A stretch of DNA of 64,000 bases from contig JAEOUA010000007.1 in NCBI GenBank assembly GCA_016839555.1, positions 64,001-128,000 on the forward strand, in the 5' to 3' direction. Positions 49,224 through 59,980 of this stretch are shown piece by piece. The notes under the pieces are model-generated. The model had not been told where the DNA came from, ran no database searches, and worked only from the letters and a program-made list of their open reading frames with translations. The first letter of the stretch is position 1; every line of letters begins with the position of its first letter. Source of the stretch: Promethearchaeota archaeon (GTDB lineage: Archaea > Asgardarchaeota > Lokiarchaeia > Sigyniarchaeales > SOKP01). The translations under genes and the position numbers were made by a program.

Positions 49224-49643
49224 TTAATCATAGCGTTCGGTGGTCATGAGTAGCCAGATAAAACCTGCTAAACCAAGCAAGGCGGCAGCGATATCTATAA
49301 GCCAGACCCACCATGCTAAATATGCTGCGCTTAGAACCATACTGGATATGGAGCTCACCGCCATCACCGTCAAAACGACCATTGCTTGCCCAAGTGCCCA
49401 TTCTTGCTCCCTAAACATGCCAATTCCAGATATTAGAGCCCATATTCCTAATAATATTGCGATGAAGGGGGATCCTCCTAAAGCAGTAGATGCTGCGGCT
49501 ATCACAGCGGGATCAAGGGCGGTACCAATAACACCAAATACATATAAGAATTGCACCACAGCCATAGTAATAAAGAGCAGCCCAATAATTATCAATAGGA
49601 TATTCAAAAATTCACTAGAATCCTTTTTTTTCTCTTCACTCAT
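49224..49643 (-). CDS. Small integral membrane protein (~4 TM)
   Basis: Four hydrophobic segments. Confidence 0.8.
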   Translation of the reverse strand: MSEEKKKDSSEFLNILLIIIGLLFITMAVVQFLYVFGVIGTALDPAVIAAASTALGGSPFIAILLGIWALISGIGMFREQEWALGQAMVVLTVMAVSSISSMVLSAAYLAWWVWLIDIAAALLGLAGFIWLLMTTERYD

Positions 49644-50139
49644 TTTTTTTAAACCTATTTTTTGTTTTAAAAAGTAATTAATTCTAAAATATCAATTTAT
49701 ACATTTAAACTTTTTTCATTAAAATTGAATAACTTATCCTAAACTAAAGAAAAATTCTATATCTGATCATAGAATCAATAAGATTTTTGAAAAAATTATT
49801 GAAATTTTTTTTAAAAGAAAAATGAACATAGAGAAATTATATATTAAAAAAAAAATTCAAAACTAAGGATTTTAACAATTCTTACTAAACATTATTCAAT
49901 TCTATTAGAAAAATATATAAGCAGAGGTTTGTTTTTAAGTATTTGTTCAATAAAAAGGGTAATGCATGAACATTATTCAAGTATAATAACATTTATAAAA
50001 TCTTTTTCATAATTCTATATATATTATTAAAATTTTTTTATTGATAAAAACAAAGGCCTCTTTTTCATCTTTTTTATGCTAAAATAATAAAATTTTTCAT
50101 TCATTATTATTACATGAATATAATGTGAAGTGATTTAAA

Positions 50140-51468
50140 ATGGACAATCGTATATACATTTTAGATACGACTAATAGGGATGGAGTTCAAACTTCAAGAT
50201 TAGGCTTAGCTAAGTTAGAAAAAACCGTAATCAATATTCTTTTAAATCAAATGGGTGTTTATCAATCTGAATTTGGATTTCCTGCCACCCTTCATGAGAC
50301 GAATTATATTAATGCAAATCTGGAATTAGCGAGGATGGGAGTATTACAACCCATAATTTTAGAGGGCTGGGTGAGGGCACTTGCTTCTGATGTAGAAAAA
50401 GCTGTCGAGCTGACCAGGGTTAAACATTTGAATTTATCCATTTCCACTTCCCGACAAATGATTCAAGGGAAATTTGGAGGAAAATATGATGAGGATGATA
50501 TTATTGAGATCATGACAGAAGCAGTCACTCGAGCAAAAGATTTGGGAATAAAAACAGTGGGAGTTAATGCCGAGGATGCCAGCAGAACCTCAATGGATTA
50601 TTTACTTAAATTTGGGAATGCAGCGCGGAAGGTAGGAGCGGATCGTCTCCGATATTGCGATACCCTTGGATATGAACGGGCCTTTCGTATTCATTTTCGC
50701 TGTAAAGATTTAACAAGAGCGCTTGAAATGCCTATTGAGCTTCATACACATAATGATTTGGGTATGGCTGTATCGACCGCAATTGAGGGTGCGAAGGGAG
50801 TAATCGAGGAAGGGCAAGATGCATTTATTAACACCACCATTAATTCGATGGGAGAAAGAGCTGGTAATTGTGATTTAGTAACTACTCTTTTAGCTCTTAG
50901 ACATGCAGCAGATTTTGATGAATTAGGACTCCTTGATCCTGATATTGATCTCAGTAAATCATGGCAAATAGCAAAATATGCCGAACATTGTTTCGGAATT
51001 CAAATCCCAGTTAATCAAGTGGGTGTGGGAGAAAATATGTTTGCTCATGAATCGGGTATTCATGCCGATGGAGCATTAAAGGACCGTCGGAATTATGAAC
51101 TCTATGACTTTAAGGAATTAGGACGTGGAGAGAAAATCCTTGTGGAGACTGGGCGGAAAATAACAACAGGAGAGTACAGTGGTATAAGCGCCATGAAGCA
51201 TGTGTATGAAAATTTCAATCTAAGCTTTAAAAATGATGAAGAAGCAAGACAAATCCTCGAACTTTGTCGATTTGCGAATGTTGAAAAACAAAGGCCCCTT
51301 ACCAAGGAAGAATTCATCTTCATTGCTGAATATCCCAAAATTGCGGAGACATTATTAACAATTGCTCCACCTCCTATTACAATTTATCGTCCCTACATTG
51401 AACGTCAAAAAGAAAAAGAAGAAAAGCTATTAAAGCAAGTGGATTATAAGGATAAACATATTTCTTAA
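50140..51468 (+). CDS. DRE-TIM metallolyase (homocitrate synthase / Re-citrate synthase-like)
   Basis: DTTNRDGVQ, HTHNDLG, GERAGN, HESGIHADG. Confidence 0.88.
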   Translation: MDNRIYILDTTNRDGVQTSRLGLAKLEKTVINILLNQMGVYQSEFGFPATLHETNYINANLELARMGVLQPIILEGWVRALASDVEKAVELTRVKHLNLSISTSRQMIQGKFGGKYDEDDIIEIMTEAVTRAKDLGIKTVGVNAEDASRTSMDYLLKFGNAARKVGADRLRYCDTLGYERAFRIHFRCKDLTRALEMPIELHTHNDLGMAVSTAIEGAKGVIEEGQDAFINTTINSMGERAGNCDLVTTLLALRHAADFDELGLLDPDIDLSKSWQIAKYAEHCFGIQIPVNQVGVGENMFAHESGIHADGALKDRRNYELYDFKELGRGEKILVETGRKITTGEYSGISAMKHVYENFNLSFKNDEEARQILELCRFANVEKQRPLTKEEFIFIAEYPKIAETLLTIAPPPITIYRPYIERQKEKEEKLLKQVDYKDKHIS

Positions 51469-51696
51469 TTTCATTGATAAGCAGAAGAAAAAGCTAATAA
51501 TATAATTCTTCTGTTTTTCAATTCCTTATTTTAGATCTTATTTAAATTAGAATTATTGTTTTTAATACCAATTGCACTAATTTTTGTTAAAAATCAATAA
51601 TTCTAAAAAGAAAAATATTTAAATTTCAAATTAACTAATAGATATTTAATTGAAATTCATAACTATTAAAAAAAAATTAAATATATGTGATTAAAA

Positions 51697-53421
51697 ATGG
51701 AATTAGAAAAATCTCCATACACCTCAAAACTTTGGGAAAAAAATTATGATGATCATATAGAACCCGATATGGAAATCAAGGAAAAATCCTTAGCTGATAC
51801 ACTGAGAGATTCTGTAAAAAATTATCCTGATTCTCTTTGCTATGAATTTATGGGGGCTACCGCAACCTACAAAGAATTTGAGAAAAATGTGATTTCTTTT
51901 GCAAACTTTCTTATAAAAAATGGTATGAAAAAAGGAGATACAATAGCGATCAACTTACCTAATTCTCCGCAATTCTTAGTTGCTCTATATGGTGCCTTCT
52001 ATGCGGGATGCGTGGTATCTGGGGTTAATTTCCTCCTTACAGCAAACGAATTAATATACCAACTTTCAGATGCTAATGCTAAAGCAATCTTAACAATGGA
52101 CTCTTTTTATGAAGAGAATGTTCGTAAAGCTTTACTTAGCGGAAAAACAAAAATAGAGATTGTGATTACTACTAATATTTCCGATATGATGGAGTTAAGT
52201 CCAATCAAAAAAGTCTTAGGAAAACTTTTAAAAAAAATACCTACTGGCGAAGTAGAGCCGATTGAAGGTTTAAAATATTTTGAATTTACAGAGATATTGG
52301 AACAATATCCAAATGATAAAGATCCTAAAGTTAAACTCGACCCTAAAAAAGATTTGGCCTTTTTGCAATATACGGGAGGGACTACTGGACCTCCAAAAGG
52401 AGCAATGCTTACTCATTATAATGAGTGGGCTAATATCAATCAAGTGACGGAATGGTGGAAAATTGATGTAGGATATGGTAAAGATATTTTTATTTCAGGC
52501 TTTCCTTTTTTCCATTTAGCGGGAATGTTTATGAACTTAGGAGCAATTGCCTACGCAGGAATGCAATTATTAATTGCTAATCCGAGAGATACCAATCATA
52601 TGGTTAAATTAATTAAAAAATGGAAACCAGACATAATGGTAAATGTCCCCACTCTCTATTTGATGCTGATTGATAATCCAAAATTTAAAGAACTGGATTT
52701 AAGCTCTATTAGAGTATATATCTCTGGAGCAGCACCTTTTCCGCCAGAAAGCATAAAGAAATTCGAGGATATCGTGGGAAAACATAAGCTTCTTGAAGTG
52801 TATGGTATGACAGAGGGCTCTCCCATAGTTACAATGAACTCCTACATAGGAGAAAGAATATTAGGAACTGTTGGGCTTCCTGTATCAAACACGCTTATAA
52901 AAGTTGTTAATGTAGAAAATAAAGAAAAAGCAGTTCCTCTTGGTGAGCCAGGGGAAATTGCCATTAAGGGTCCTCAGATTTTTCAAGGATATTGGAATAA
53001 GCCTAATGAAACGGAAAATGCCCTAAGAGAGGGGTGGTTTTTCTCCGGTGATGTGGGCATTATGGATGATGAAGGATATTTAAAAATTGTAGACCGAACT
53101 AAAGACATGATTATTGTCTCTGGATATAAAGTGTTTAGTGTAGAAGTTGATAATAAAATGGCTAAGCATCCTGCGGTGGACTTGGCATCGGCAATTGGAA
53201 TTCCAGACCCCGACCGACCAGGAAGCGAGAAAGTTAAACTTTATATAAAATTAAAGCAAGGATATAAACCTAGTGAAGAAATCAAAAAAGATATAATGAA
53301 ATTTGCTCAAGAAAATTTAGCTAAATATAAAGTTCCTGAGTCAATTGTTCTGGTTGAGGAAATTCCGTTGACCACAGTGGGGAAAATAGATAAAAAAGCA
53401 TTAAGAGCGCAGGAAGAATAA
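51697..53421 (+). CDS. Long-chain fatty-acid--CoA ligase
   Basis: QYTGGTTGPPKG, YGMTE, SGD, DRTKD, TVGKI. Confidence 0.92.
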   Translation: MELEKSPYTSKLWEKNYDDHIEPDMEIKEKSLADTLRDSVKNYPDSLCYEFMGATATYKEFEKNVISFANFLIKNGMKKGDTIAINLPNSPQFLVALYGAFYAGCVVSGVNFLLTANELIYQLSDANAKAILTMDSFYEENVRKALLSGKTKIEIVITTNISDMMELSPIKKVLGKLLKKIPTGEVEPIEGLKYFEFTEILEQYPNDKDPKVKLDPKKDLAFLQYTGGTTGPPKGAMLTHYNEWANINQVTEWWKIDVGYGKDIFISGFPFFHLAGMFMNLGAIAYAGMQLLIANPRDTNHMVKLIKKWKPDIMVNVPTLYLMLIDNPKFKELDLSSIRVYISGAAPFPPESIKKFEDIVGKHKLLEVYGMTEGSPIVTMNSYIGERILGTVGLPVSNTLIKVVNVENKEKAVPLGEPGEIAIKGPQIFQGYWNKPNETENALREGWFFSGDVGIMDDEGYLKIVDRTKDMIIVSGYKVFSVEVDNKMAKHPAVDLASAIGIPDPDRPGSEKVKLYIKLKQGYKPSEEIKKDIMKFAQENLAKYKVPESIVLVEEIPLTTVGKIDKKALRAQEE

Positions 53422-53547
53422 TTTTTAATCCTTTTTCTTTTATTTATTAAAATTAGAAATTTAATTTTTATATTTTCTTAACCTTTTTTTTATTATTATT
53501 CTTTTTTTTATTATTATTATTATTTAATTTATAAAGTGGTTGATTAA

Positions 53548-54831
53548 ATGGTTGGAAAACAAGGAAAGGTAGGATGTATTAATGATAAAATTCTAAAGCA
53601 AATGAGCTTGAAAAAACGTTATAATTTCTTGAATATTAACTTAATGAATGTTCTTAGGCCAGAGAATTTTAATTTTTTAAAGGAAACGCAAAAATTTTAT
53701 ATAAAGTTTGAGAAGGAGCATAATATAACACATACCGAGGATTTTTATCAATGGATTCCCGAAATTGGTAAACAAGGGTTAGTTTCAAGAGTAAACAATT
53801 TTGCTGAAATAGGAGTAAATTATCCAGAATATGGTATGACAGCAGAATTTATGAGAATATTAGCTACGGATTTTTTTGATCCACAACTTACCATGGGAAT
53901 GGGTGCTACTGTATTAGCTATAAATCCATTGCTACTTCATCATCAGAATGTAGATATTCGATTAAAAGTCATGAAAGAATTAGTAGTTGGGGAAAAAATA
54001 GGTTGTATATGTATCACAGAACCAGAAAGAGGATCTGATGCAGTGCATATGCTCACTACATGTGAACAGCAAGCAGATGGTAGTTTTCTTATAAATGGGC
54101 AAAAAATTTTTCAAACTAATGGAAGTAAAGCAGATTGGGCAGTAGTTTATGCGGTATCAGAAAAAAATAATGGAAACACAATGGGGCAATTCTTAGTGGA
54201 TACTTCTTGGGATGGCTGGCATTCAGAAAGAGTCAATATACCATGGACACCCCGAATATATATTGGAAAAGAGACTTTTACTGATTTACACGTTCCCAAA
54301 GAATATGTATTAGGAAATCCTGGGCAAGGAAAGGAACATCTTTTTGAAGGATTAAATTTAGAAAGATTGGGAATAGTATTTTTAAATTTAGCGGAAGCTT
54401 GGAACGCTTTATCTCATGCGGTGATATATCTTAATTTAAGAGAGCAATTCGATGAACCAGTGTTAAAATATCAGGGTGTTGGGTTTCCATTAACAAATCT
54501 GTGGGCAAAAACTATGAATTTAACGCTTGCAGCATTGCATATCAGTCAAATTGTAGATAGAGAAATGGGAGAACATAAAGGTACTCTTCCGAAGCAACTT
54601 AACTTAGCCTTGGGAGTAAATGCTTCTCAATTAAAATCTCAGAGTGCTAAATTATCAGAGCGGGTATGCTATGAATGTGCTAATCTAATGGGTGGTGCTG
54701 GGGCTTGCGATAATACATTAATGGAAGATTTATTAGGCATCTCTCGGATACAGGAAATGGGAGGAGGTACCAGACAAATACAGCAATATATAATGTCTTT
54801 TTCTCTACGGAAAATATTTAAGATGTTGTAA
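53548..54831 (+). CDS. Acyl-CoA dehydrogenase
   Basis: CITEPERGSD, NGQKIF, REQF, MGGAG, GGGTRQIQ. Confidence 0.9.
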   Translation: MVGKQGKVGCINDKILKQMSLKKRYNFLNINLMNVLRPENFNFLKETQKFYIKFEKEHNITHTEDFYQWIPEIGKQGLVSRVNNFAEIGVNYPEYGMTAEFMRILATDFFDPQLTMGMGATVLAINPLLLHHQNVDIRLKVMKELVVGEKIGCICITEPERGSDAVHMLTTCEQQADGSFLINGQKIFQTNGSKADWAVVYAVSEKNNGNTMGQFLVDTSWDGWHSERVNIPWTPRIYIGKETFTDLHVPKEYVLGNPGQGKEHLFEGLNLERLGIVFLNLAEAWNALSHAVIYLNLREQFDEPVLKYQGVGFPLTNLWAKTMNLTLAALHISQIVDREMGEHKGTLPKQLNLALGVNASQLKSQSAKLSERVCYECANLMGGAGACDNTLMEDLLGISRIQEMGGGTRQIQQYIMSFSLRKIFKML

Positions 54832-55103
54832 ACACACTGTTTTAGAACACAGCTTAATAATAAATAAAAGCTTTTTTTTTTAACTTTTAAATCTTATAAT
54901 AAAAGATACCATATTCCATCTTCATAGGATTAATCAATAAAAAAAAATAGCTTAATTTAGATTAATTAGTTAATCCTTTTATTATATTATTATTACAAAA
55001 TTTTAATTTAAAATAGCTGAATGTTATTAAATTAAATATACTAATTAAAAAAAGTCTGATCTATTCAAAACAATCAATAAGCTAAGTAAGGATGATATTA
55101 AAA

Positions 55104-55126
55104 AAGTAAGATTTATATTCTTACTT
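55104..55126. promoter_or_regulatory. Inverted-repeat operator flanking the TATA box of vapBC
   Basis: AAGTAAGA-TTTATAT-TCTTACTT: perfect 8-bp inverted repeat around a TATA-like core ~30 bp upstream of the antitoxin ATG. Confidence 0.7.
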
Positions 55127-55148
55127 ATCATAAATAATATGAAAAATA

Positions 55149-55388
55149 ATGGAAATTAAAACTAGCAAACTCTCTACTAAAGGTCAAATAACTATTCCTA
55201 AAGAATTTAGGGATAAACTACATCTTCGCGCTGGAGATGAATTAATAATCTATTTTAAAGATGGTGAAATTATAATTAAACCTAAACCAACTCACTTAGG
55301 TATGCTACGAGGATTACTAAGAGAAGATATTAATCTAGAAAAAGCAGAGGAGTTTATTCAATCTGAAAGAAAAAAGTGGAGAGTTTGA
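55149..55388 (+). CDS. vapB: AbrB/MazE/SpoVT-type antitoxin
   Basis: KLSTKGQITIPKEFRDKLHL..GD. Confidence 0.9.
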   Translation: MEIKTSKLSTKGQITIPKEFRDKLHLRAGDELIIYFKDGEIIIKPKPTHLGMLRGLLREDINLEKAEEFIQSERKKWRV

Positions 55389-55389
55389 A

Positions 55390-55794
55390 GTGGAATCTTA
55401 TATCGTTGATACAGTTGCCTTTTTAGCTTACTTGGCAGATAAACTCCCTTCTAACGCAGATATTCTTTTCAAAAAAGCAGAAAAACAAAAAGTAAAATTT
55501 TACTTACCTTCAATTGTTTTTGGTGAAACTCTTTATACAATTTATAAAGGAAAAGATATTTTTGGAAAAAATATACCTATAGAAAAAATAGATTTAATTT
55601 TTCAAATATTAAAAAATGAAGAAACATTAGAATTAGTAAATTTAAATTTAGAAGCATGGCGGATTTTTCATACATTAGAAGTGCCAGAACTGCATGATCG
55701 AATGGTTGTTGCAACTCATCATTATTTCAATACTAAAGCAATTATAACAAATGACCCCGAAATTTCTAAAATAGCGGATTCTATCTGGGAATAA
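55390..55794 (+). CDS. vapC: PIN-domain toxin
   Basis: VDTVA, E, HDRMVVA, ITND acidic tetrad; 1 nt downstream of the antitoxin. Confidence 0.88.
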   Translation: MESYIVDTVAFLAYLADKLPSNADILFKKAEKQKVKFYLPSIVFGETLYTIYKGKDIFGKNIPIEKIDLIFQILKNEETLELVNLNLEAWRIFHTLEVPELHDRMVVATHHYFNTKAIITNDPEISKIADSIWE

Positions 55795-55851
55795 TATAAA
55801 TTAGAAAAAATAAAATCTTACAAGTTAAAAAAAGATCTAAAATCTTTATTT

Positions 55852-56703
55852 TTAAGATTTTAAAAAGTCAATAATATGTTTATTGATAATCGATGGAAAT
55901 TCTAATACAGACTGATGTCCGGCATTCTCAATTACAACCATTTTACTGTTTGGAAGGAGTTCATGTATTTTTTCATTCATCGTCAAAGGACAACTTTTAT
56001 CTTTTTCAGCAGCTATTACAAGTACTTCAATTTGTACAGTAGGCAATTTTTCATATACATTATGAGTTGCGAGGGCTTCTGCTTGATGGATAATATCCTT
56101 CTTAGTAGGTCCATATTCTGTCTTTTCCTTTACAAGGTCTTTAACTGACCATATTCCATGGAATTTTTTATCGGGATTTTCCACCATTTCCTTATAAAAT
56201 TTTCTCGTATAGCTTCCTTTAGCACCCTTAAGGAAATTGTTCAAAGGGTCTTTTTTCCGAAGTTCTAAATTATTGACCGCATTTTCACGATACATTTTTA
56301 CTCCTTGTTCATTTGGAATTCCAGGAGGGGTCATTCCTGGAATGGTATTAATTAATATTGCTTTTTTAACTTTTTCTGGAAAATAAATTAAGAAGTTCTG
56401 GACAATCATCCCTCCCAAAGAATGACCTATAATATGTGTTTTCTTGATTCCTAAAACATCCAATAAACCGGCAATATCGGAAGCGTATATTTTCATTGAA
56501 TAATTCCCCTCCGGTCTATCACTTTTACCCGCCCCTCGATTGTCTAATCGAATAACTTTAAAATATTTTGATAATTCGCCTACTTGAGCACGCCAATGTT
56601 CCTTTCTGTCACTAAACCCATGAACTAATACGACGGGCTCCCCTTCTCCATGTATATCATAGCAAAGTTTTATTCCATTTACTTCAGCAAATAAATCTGT
56701 CAT
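55852..56703 (-). CDS. Alpha/beta hydrolase
   Basis: VHGF, DNRGAGKS, GHSLGG, AGH. Confidence 0.9.
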   Translation of the reverse strand: MTDLFAEVNGIKLCYDIHGEGEPVVLVHGFSDRKEHWRAQVGELSKYFKVIRLDNRGAGKSDRPEGNYSMKIYASDIAGLLDVLGIKKTHIIGHSLGGMIVQNFLIYFPEKVKKAILINTIPGMTPPGIPNEQGVKMYRENAVNNLELRKKDPLNNFLKGAKGSYTRKFYKEMVENPDKKFHGIWSVKDLVKEKTEYGPTKKDIIHQAEALATHNVYEKLPTVQIEVLVIAAEKDKSCPLTMNEKIHELLPNSKMVVIENAGHQSVLEFPSIINKHIIDFLKS

Positions 56704-56765
56704 ATAATCTTCATTTTATTTAATAATATATAAAAATTTGTATAAAATCATTATTTATACTTATT

Positions 56766-57110
56766 ATGATTAAAAAAAGCTATAAAGATGTGAAAAAAGA
56801 AAGAGTCACAAAAGCAAATTCAACGAAAACATCTGTGAGATGGTTAATCACTGAAGAGGATGGACCCACTCATTTCGCTACAAGGCGGTTTGAAATAGAA
56901 CCTGGTGGACAAATTGGTATTCATAATCATGATGAAGAGCATCATATCTATGTATTAGATGGACAAGCAGAATTTATTAATGGAATAGGAAACTCGATCA
57001 TTGCTATAAAAGATGACATAATTTACATACCTCCAAATGAAGATCACGGGATAAGAAACAATAATGATGAGCCTTTTATATTCATTTGCATAATTCCATA
57101 CTTAAAATAA
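56766..57110 (+). CDS. Cupin domain protein
   Basis: HNHDEEH...PPNEDH. Confidence 0.9.
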   Translation: MIKKSYKDVKKERVTKANSTKTSVRWLITEEDGPTHFATRRFEIEPGGQIGIHNHDEEHHIYVLDGQAEFINGIGNSIIAIKDDIIYIPPNEDHGIRNNNDEPFIFICIIPYLK

Positions 57111-57236
57111 AAATAAAATTATTATTTTTTAAATTTCTCTGAAAATAATAGAAATAATTAAAAAGATAATCATTTAATAGAATATTATAATTGAAAAAAT
57201 CATCAAATAAAGAAACAATAGAAAGAAGGTAATATA

Positions 57237-58058
57237 ATGAATATTTCTGAGATTAAAGATATTAAATATAAGAAAGAGGAAAATGGGGTATGTACTCTTA
57301 CTATTGATGTACCTAAGAGAAAGAACGCAATGTCATTTGTCACTTTTTTAGAAATAGAAACTGTATTAGAGGATATGCAGAAAGATGATAATGCAAAAGT
57401 ATTAATTATTACGGGAGCAAAAGAAGCAAATGCTTTCTCTAGTGGAGGATATTTCAATATGAATATTTATCCCTCTCTGCCTCCTGAAATTTTGAAAGAA
57501 ATTGATCTTACCGATATTGCAATTAAGCGATTATGTCTGAAATTCTGGAAATTCTCAAAACCCGTAATTGCAGCTATAAATGGTTTAGCTGTTGGTGCAG
57601 GATTTACAATGCCACTTTCCTGTGCAGACCTAATCTATATGGCAGAAGATGCATATATTGGCTTTTATTTCATTCGAAGAGGAGTGATGGCAGAATTTGC
57701 TTCTGATTTTCTCCTTCCATTTTATCTTGGATTTCAAAAAGCAAAAGAGTTATTGTATTTTGGAAAAAAGATATCTGCAGAGCAGGCTTTAGAATTAGGC
57801 TTAATTAATGAGGTGGTAAAACCCGAGGCATTAATGGATTATGTTAGAGAAAAGGCAATGCAATTAATTCCACCGAAAGCGCCAAGTTTATCAATAAAAT
57901 ACATAAAAAAAACCATGCATGATTATTTTAGTGATATTCTTTCAAGAACACTAGATTTGGAAAATGAAGGTTTAAGGAAGCTTCTGACCACTCATGATTT
58001 TCGTGAATCCTTAAAGTCTTTAGTGACAAAAAAAGAGCCTCAGTTTAAAGGAAAATAA
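57237..58058 (+). CDS. Enoyl-CoA hydratase/isomerase family protein
   Basis: RKNAM, FSSGG, NGLAVGAG; paralog of 34454-35248. Confidence 0.88.
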   Translation: MNISEIKDIKYKKEENGVCTLTIDVPKRKNAMSFVTFLEIETVLEDMQKDDNAKVLIITGAKEANAFSSGGYFNMNIYPSLPPEILKEIDLTDIAIKRLCLKFWKFSKPVIAAINGLAVGAGFTMPLSCADLIYMAEDAYIGFYFIRRGVMAEFASDFLLPFYLGFQKAKELLYFGKKISAEQALELGLINEVVKPEALMDYVREKAMQLIPPKAPSLSIKYIKKTMHDYFSDILSRTLDLENEGLRKLLTTHDFRESLKSLVTKKEPQFKGK

Positions 58059-58171
58059 GAAATCAACCTATTATTAAATAATCATAATAATCTTTATTTT
58101 TAATAGATTCATATATTTGAATTATAATTCTTTTTTCGATAGATGTATCATATAGTATTTAGAAAAAACCT

Positions 58172-59854
58172 ATGAATGAGAAAGCAAAATTCATATTTTG
58201 TACGGGCGGTGTAATGTCAGGCATAGGAAAAGGAGTAGCCACCGCAAGTATAGGTAAAATCCTACAATTTAGAGGATTTAATATTTCTGTTGTTAAAATC
58301 GACCCTTATTTAAATGTAGATCCTGGAACTCTTAACCCTTTAGAGCATGGGGAATGTTTTATTACGGAGGATGTATGGGATTTCAGACCCGTTCCTGATT
58401 CAGATGAAAGAGTTTATAGAATAAGTGAAATTGACCAAGATTTCGGAACTTATGAGAGATTTCTGGGCATCACCATTCACCCTTCAAATAATATTACTTC
58501 CGGTCAGATATATTTATCAACCATTCTAAGAGAACGAAAAGGGCGGTTTCTTGGAAGAACCGTTCAGTTAATACCACATGTTACGGATATGATTAAAAGT
58601 CGATTATCTGAAATTGCTCAAAAGGAAGACTTGGATGTTCTTTTAGTAGAATGCGGAGGTACAGTAGGTGATTTAGAGTCAAGTATATTTTTAGAAAGCT
58701 TTCGACAACTGCGATTAGAATTGCCAAAAAATAAAACCGCATTTGTTCACGTCACCCTTGTTCCATATTCCAAAGCAGTTGGTCAACAAAAATCGAAACC
58801 GACTCAACATTCAGTTAAAATGCTGCAAAGCGCTGGACTCCAGCCAGATATTATTATTGGAAGGAGTGAAAAGCCATTAGAAGAAGATATCAGAAATAAA
58901 ATCTCCTTATTTTCAAATGTTCCAAAAGAAGCAGTTATTTCAAATCCAGATTTAGAAAATATATATGAGTTACCTTTATTATTTGAAGAACAAAATCTGG
59001 GGGATCTATTATGCGAAATATTAGATCTAAAAGCAAAATTAGTGTCTTATAGTGAAATTACCAATTTTTCTGAATGGAAAAAGACTGTCAAATTATTTAA
59101 TGAAGCAGTTAAGCCAGTTAAAATTGGGATGCCTGGGAAATATTTCAATATTACAGATTCCTATATCTCGATAAATGATGCATTAGAACATGCCGCGGTC
59201 CATCAAGGTTATAAAACAGACCTTAAAATGATTAATATTGATGAAACTACTAATATAAGCGAAGAATTAAAAGATTGCGATGGGATTCTACTTACACCCG
59301 GATTTGGAGAGAGAGCAGTAGAGGGTATGATTAGTGCTGCTGAATACGCGATGGAAAATAAAATACCTTTCCTTGGTATTTGCTTTGGGGCTCAATTGTT
59401 TTGGATTGCTTTTTGTAGAAAATATTTAGGATTAGAGGCAGCAAACTCTACAGAAATCAACAAAGATACTCCTTATCCAGTCGTGGATTTATTAGAAAGT
59501 CAAAAACATGTGACTGAAAAAGGAGGCACAATGAGATTAGGCGGATTAGATGTATATTTACGAGAAAATACAAAATTATTTGAGGCTTATGGAGAAAAAA
59601 TCATTAGGGAACGATTTCGTCATAGATATCATATCAATTCTAACTATATTAACGAAGAAGCCAGGGAAAAAGGAATGATTGTTTCCAGTACTGATGAGAC
59701 AGGAAAAATTATCAATAGTATTGAGCTTAATCGTCCCGATCACTGGATGGTAGGCACGCAATTTCATCCAGAATTTAAATCTGCTCCTTTTAAACCTTCT
59801 CCGGTATATTCAGCGTTCATTAAAGAAGCAATAAAATATAAAAATAATAAATAA
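58172..59854 (+). CDS. pyrG: CTP synthase
   Basis: TGGVMSGIGKG, KIDPYLNVDPGT, KSKPTQHSV, GICFG, RFRHRY, QFHPEF. Confidence 0.96.
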   Translation: MNEKAKFIFCTGGVMSGIGKGVATASIGKILQFRGFNISVVKIDPYLNVDPGTLNPLEHGECFITEDVWDFRPVPDSDERVYRISEIDQDFGTYERFLGITIHPSNNITSGQIYLSTILRERKGRFLGRTVQLIPHVTDMIKSRLSEIAQKEDLDVLLVECGGTVGDLESSIFLESFRQLRLELPKNKTAFVHVTLVPYSKAVGQQKSKPTQHSVKMLQSAGLQPDIIIGRSEKPLEEDIRNKISLFSNVPKEAVISNPDLENIYELPLLFEEQNLGDLLCEILDLKAKLVSYSEITNFSEWKKTVKLFNEAVKPVKIGMPGKYFNITDSYISINDALEHAAVHQGYKTDLKMINIDETTNISEELKDCDGILLTPGFGERAVEGMISAAEYAMENKIPFLGICFGAQLFWIAFCRKYLGLEAANSTEINKDTPYPVVDLLESQKHVTEKGGTMRLGGLDVYLRENTKLFEAYGEKIIRERFRHRYHINSNYINEEAREKGMIVSSTDETGKIINSIELNRPDHWMVGTQFHPEFKSAPFKPSPVYSAFIKEAIKYKNNK

Positions 59855-59980
59855 AAAGAATTCTTCTTCTAAAAATCGTGAAAAAGACTTTTTATAAAAC
59901 TATTAAACTAATAATCCTTGAGAAAGTCTTTAGTAGAATTATAACATGATAGAAGGCTTTAATCAATACTTTAGTGATAA

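Noticed and set aside
58370-58425. ~16-aa insertion in PyrG (VWDFRPVPDSDERVYRI) as an in-frame intron or mini-intein
   Set aside because: No convincing hairpin/BHB and no intein termini; it reads as an ordinary loop insertion.
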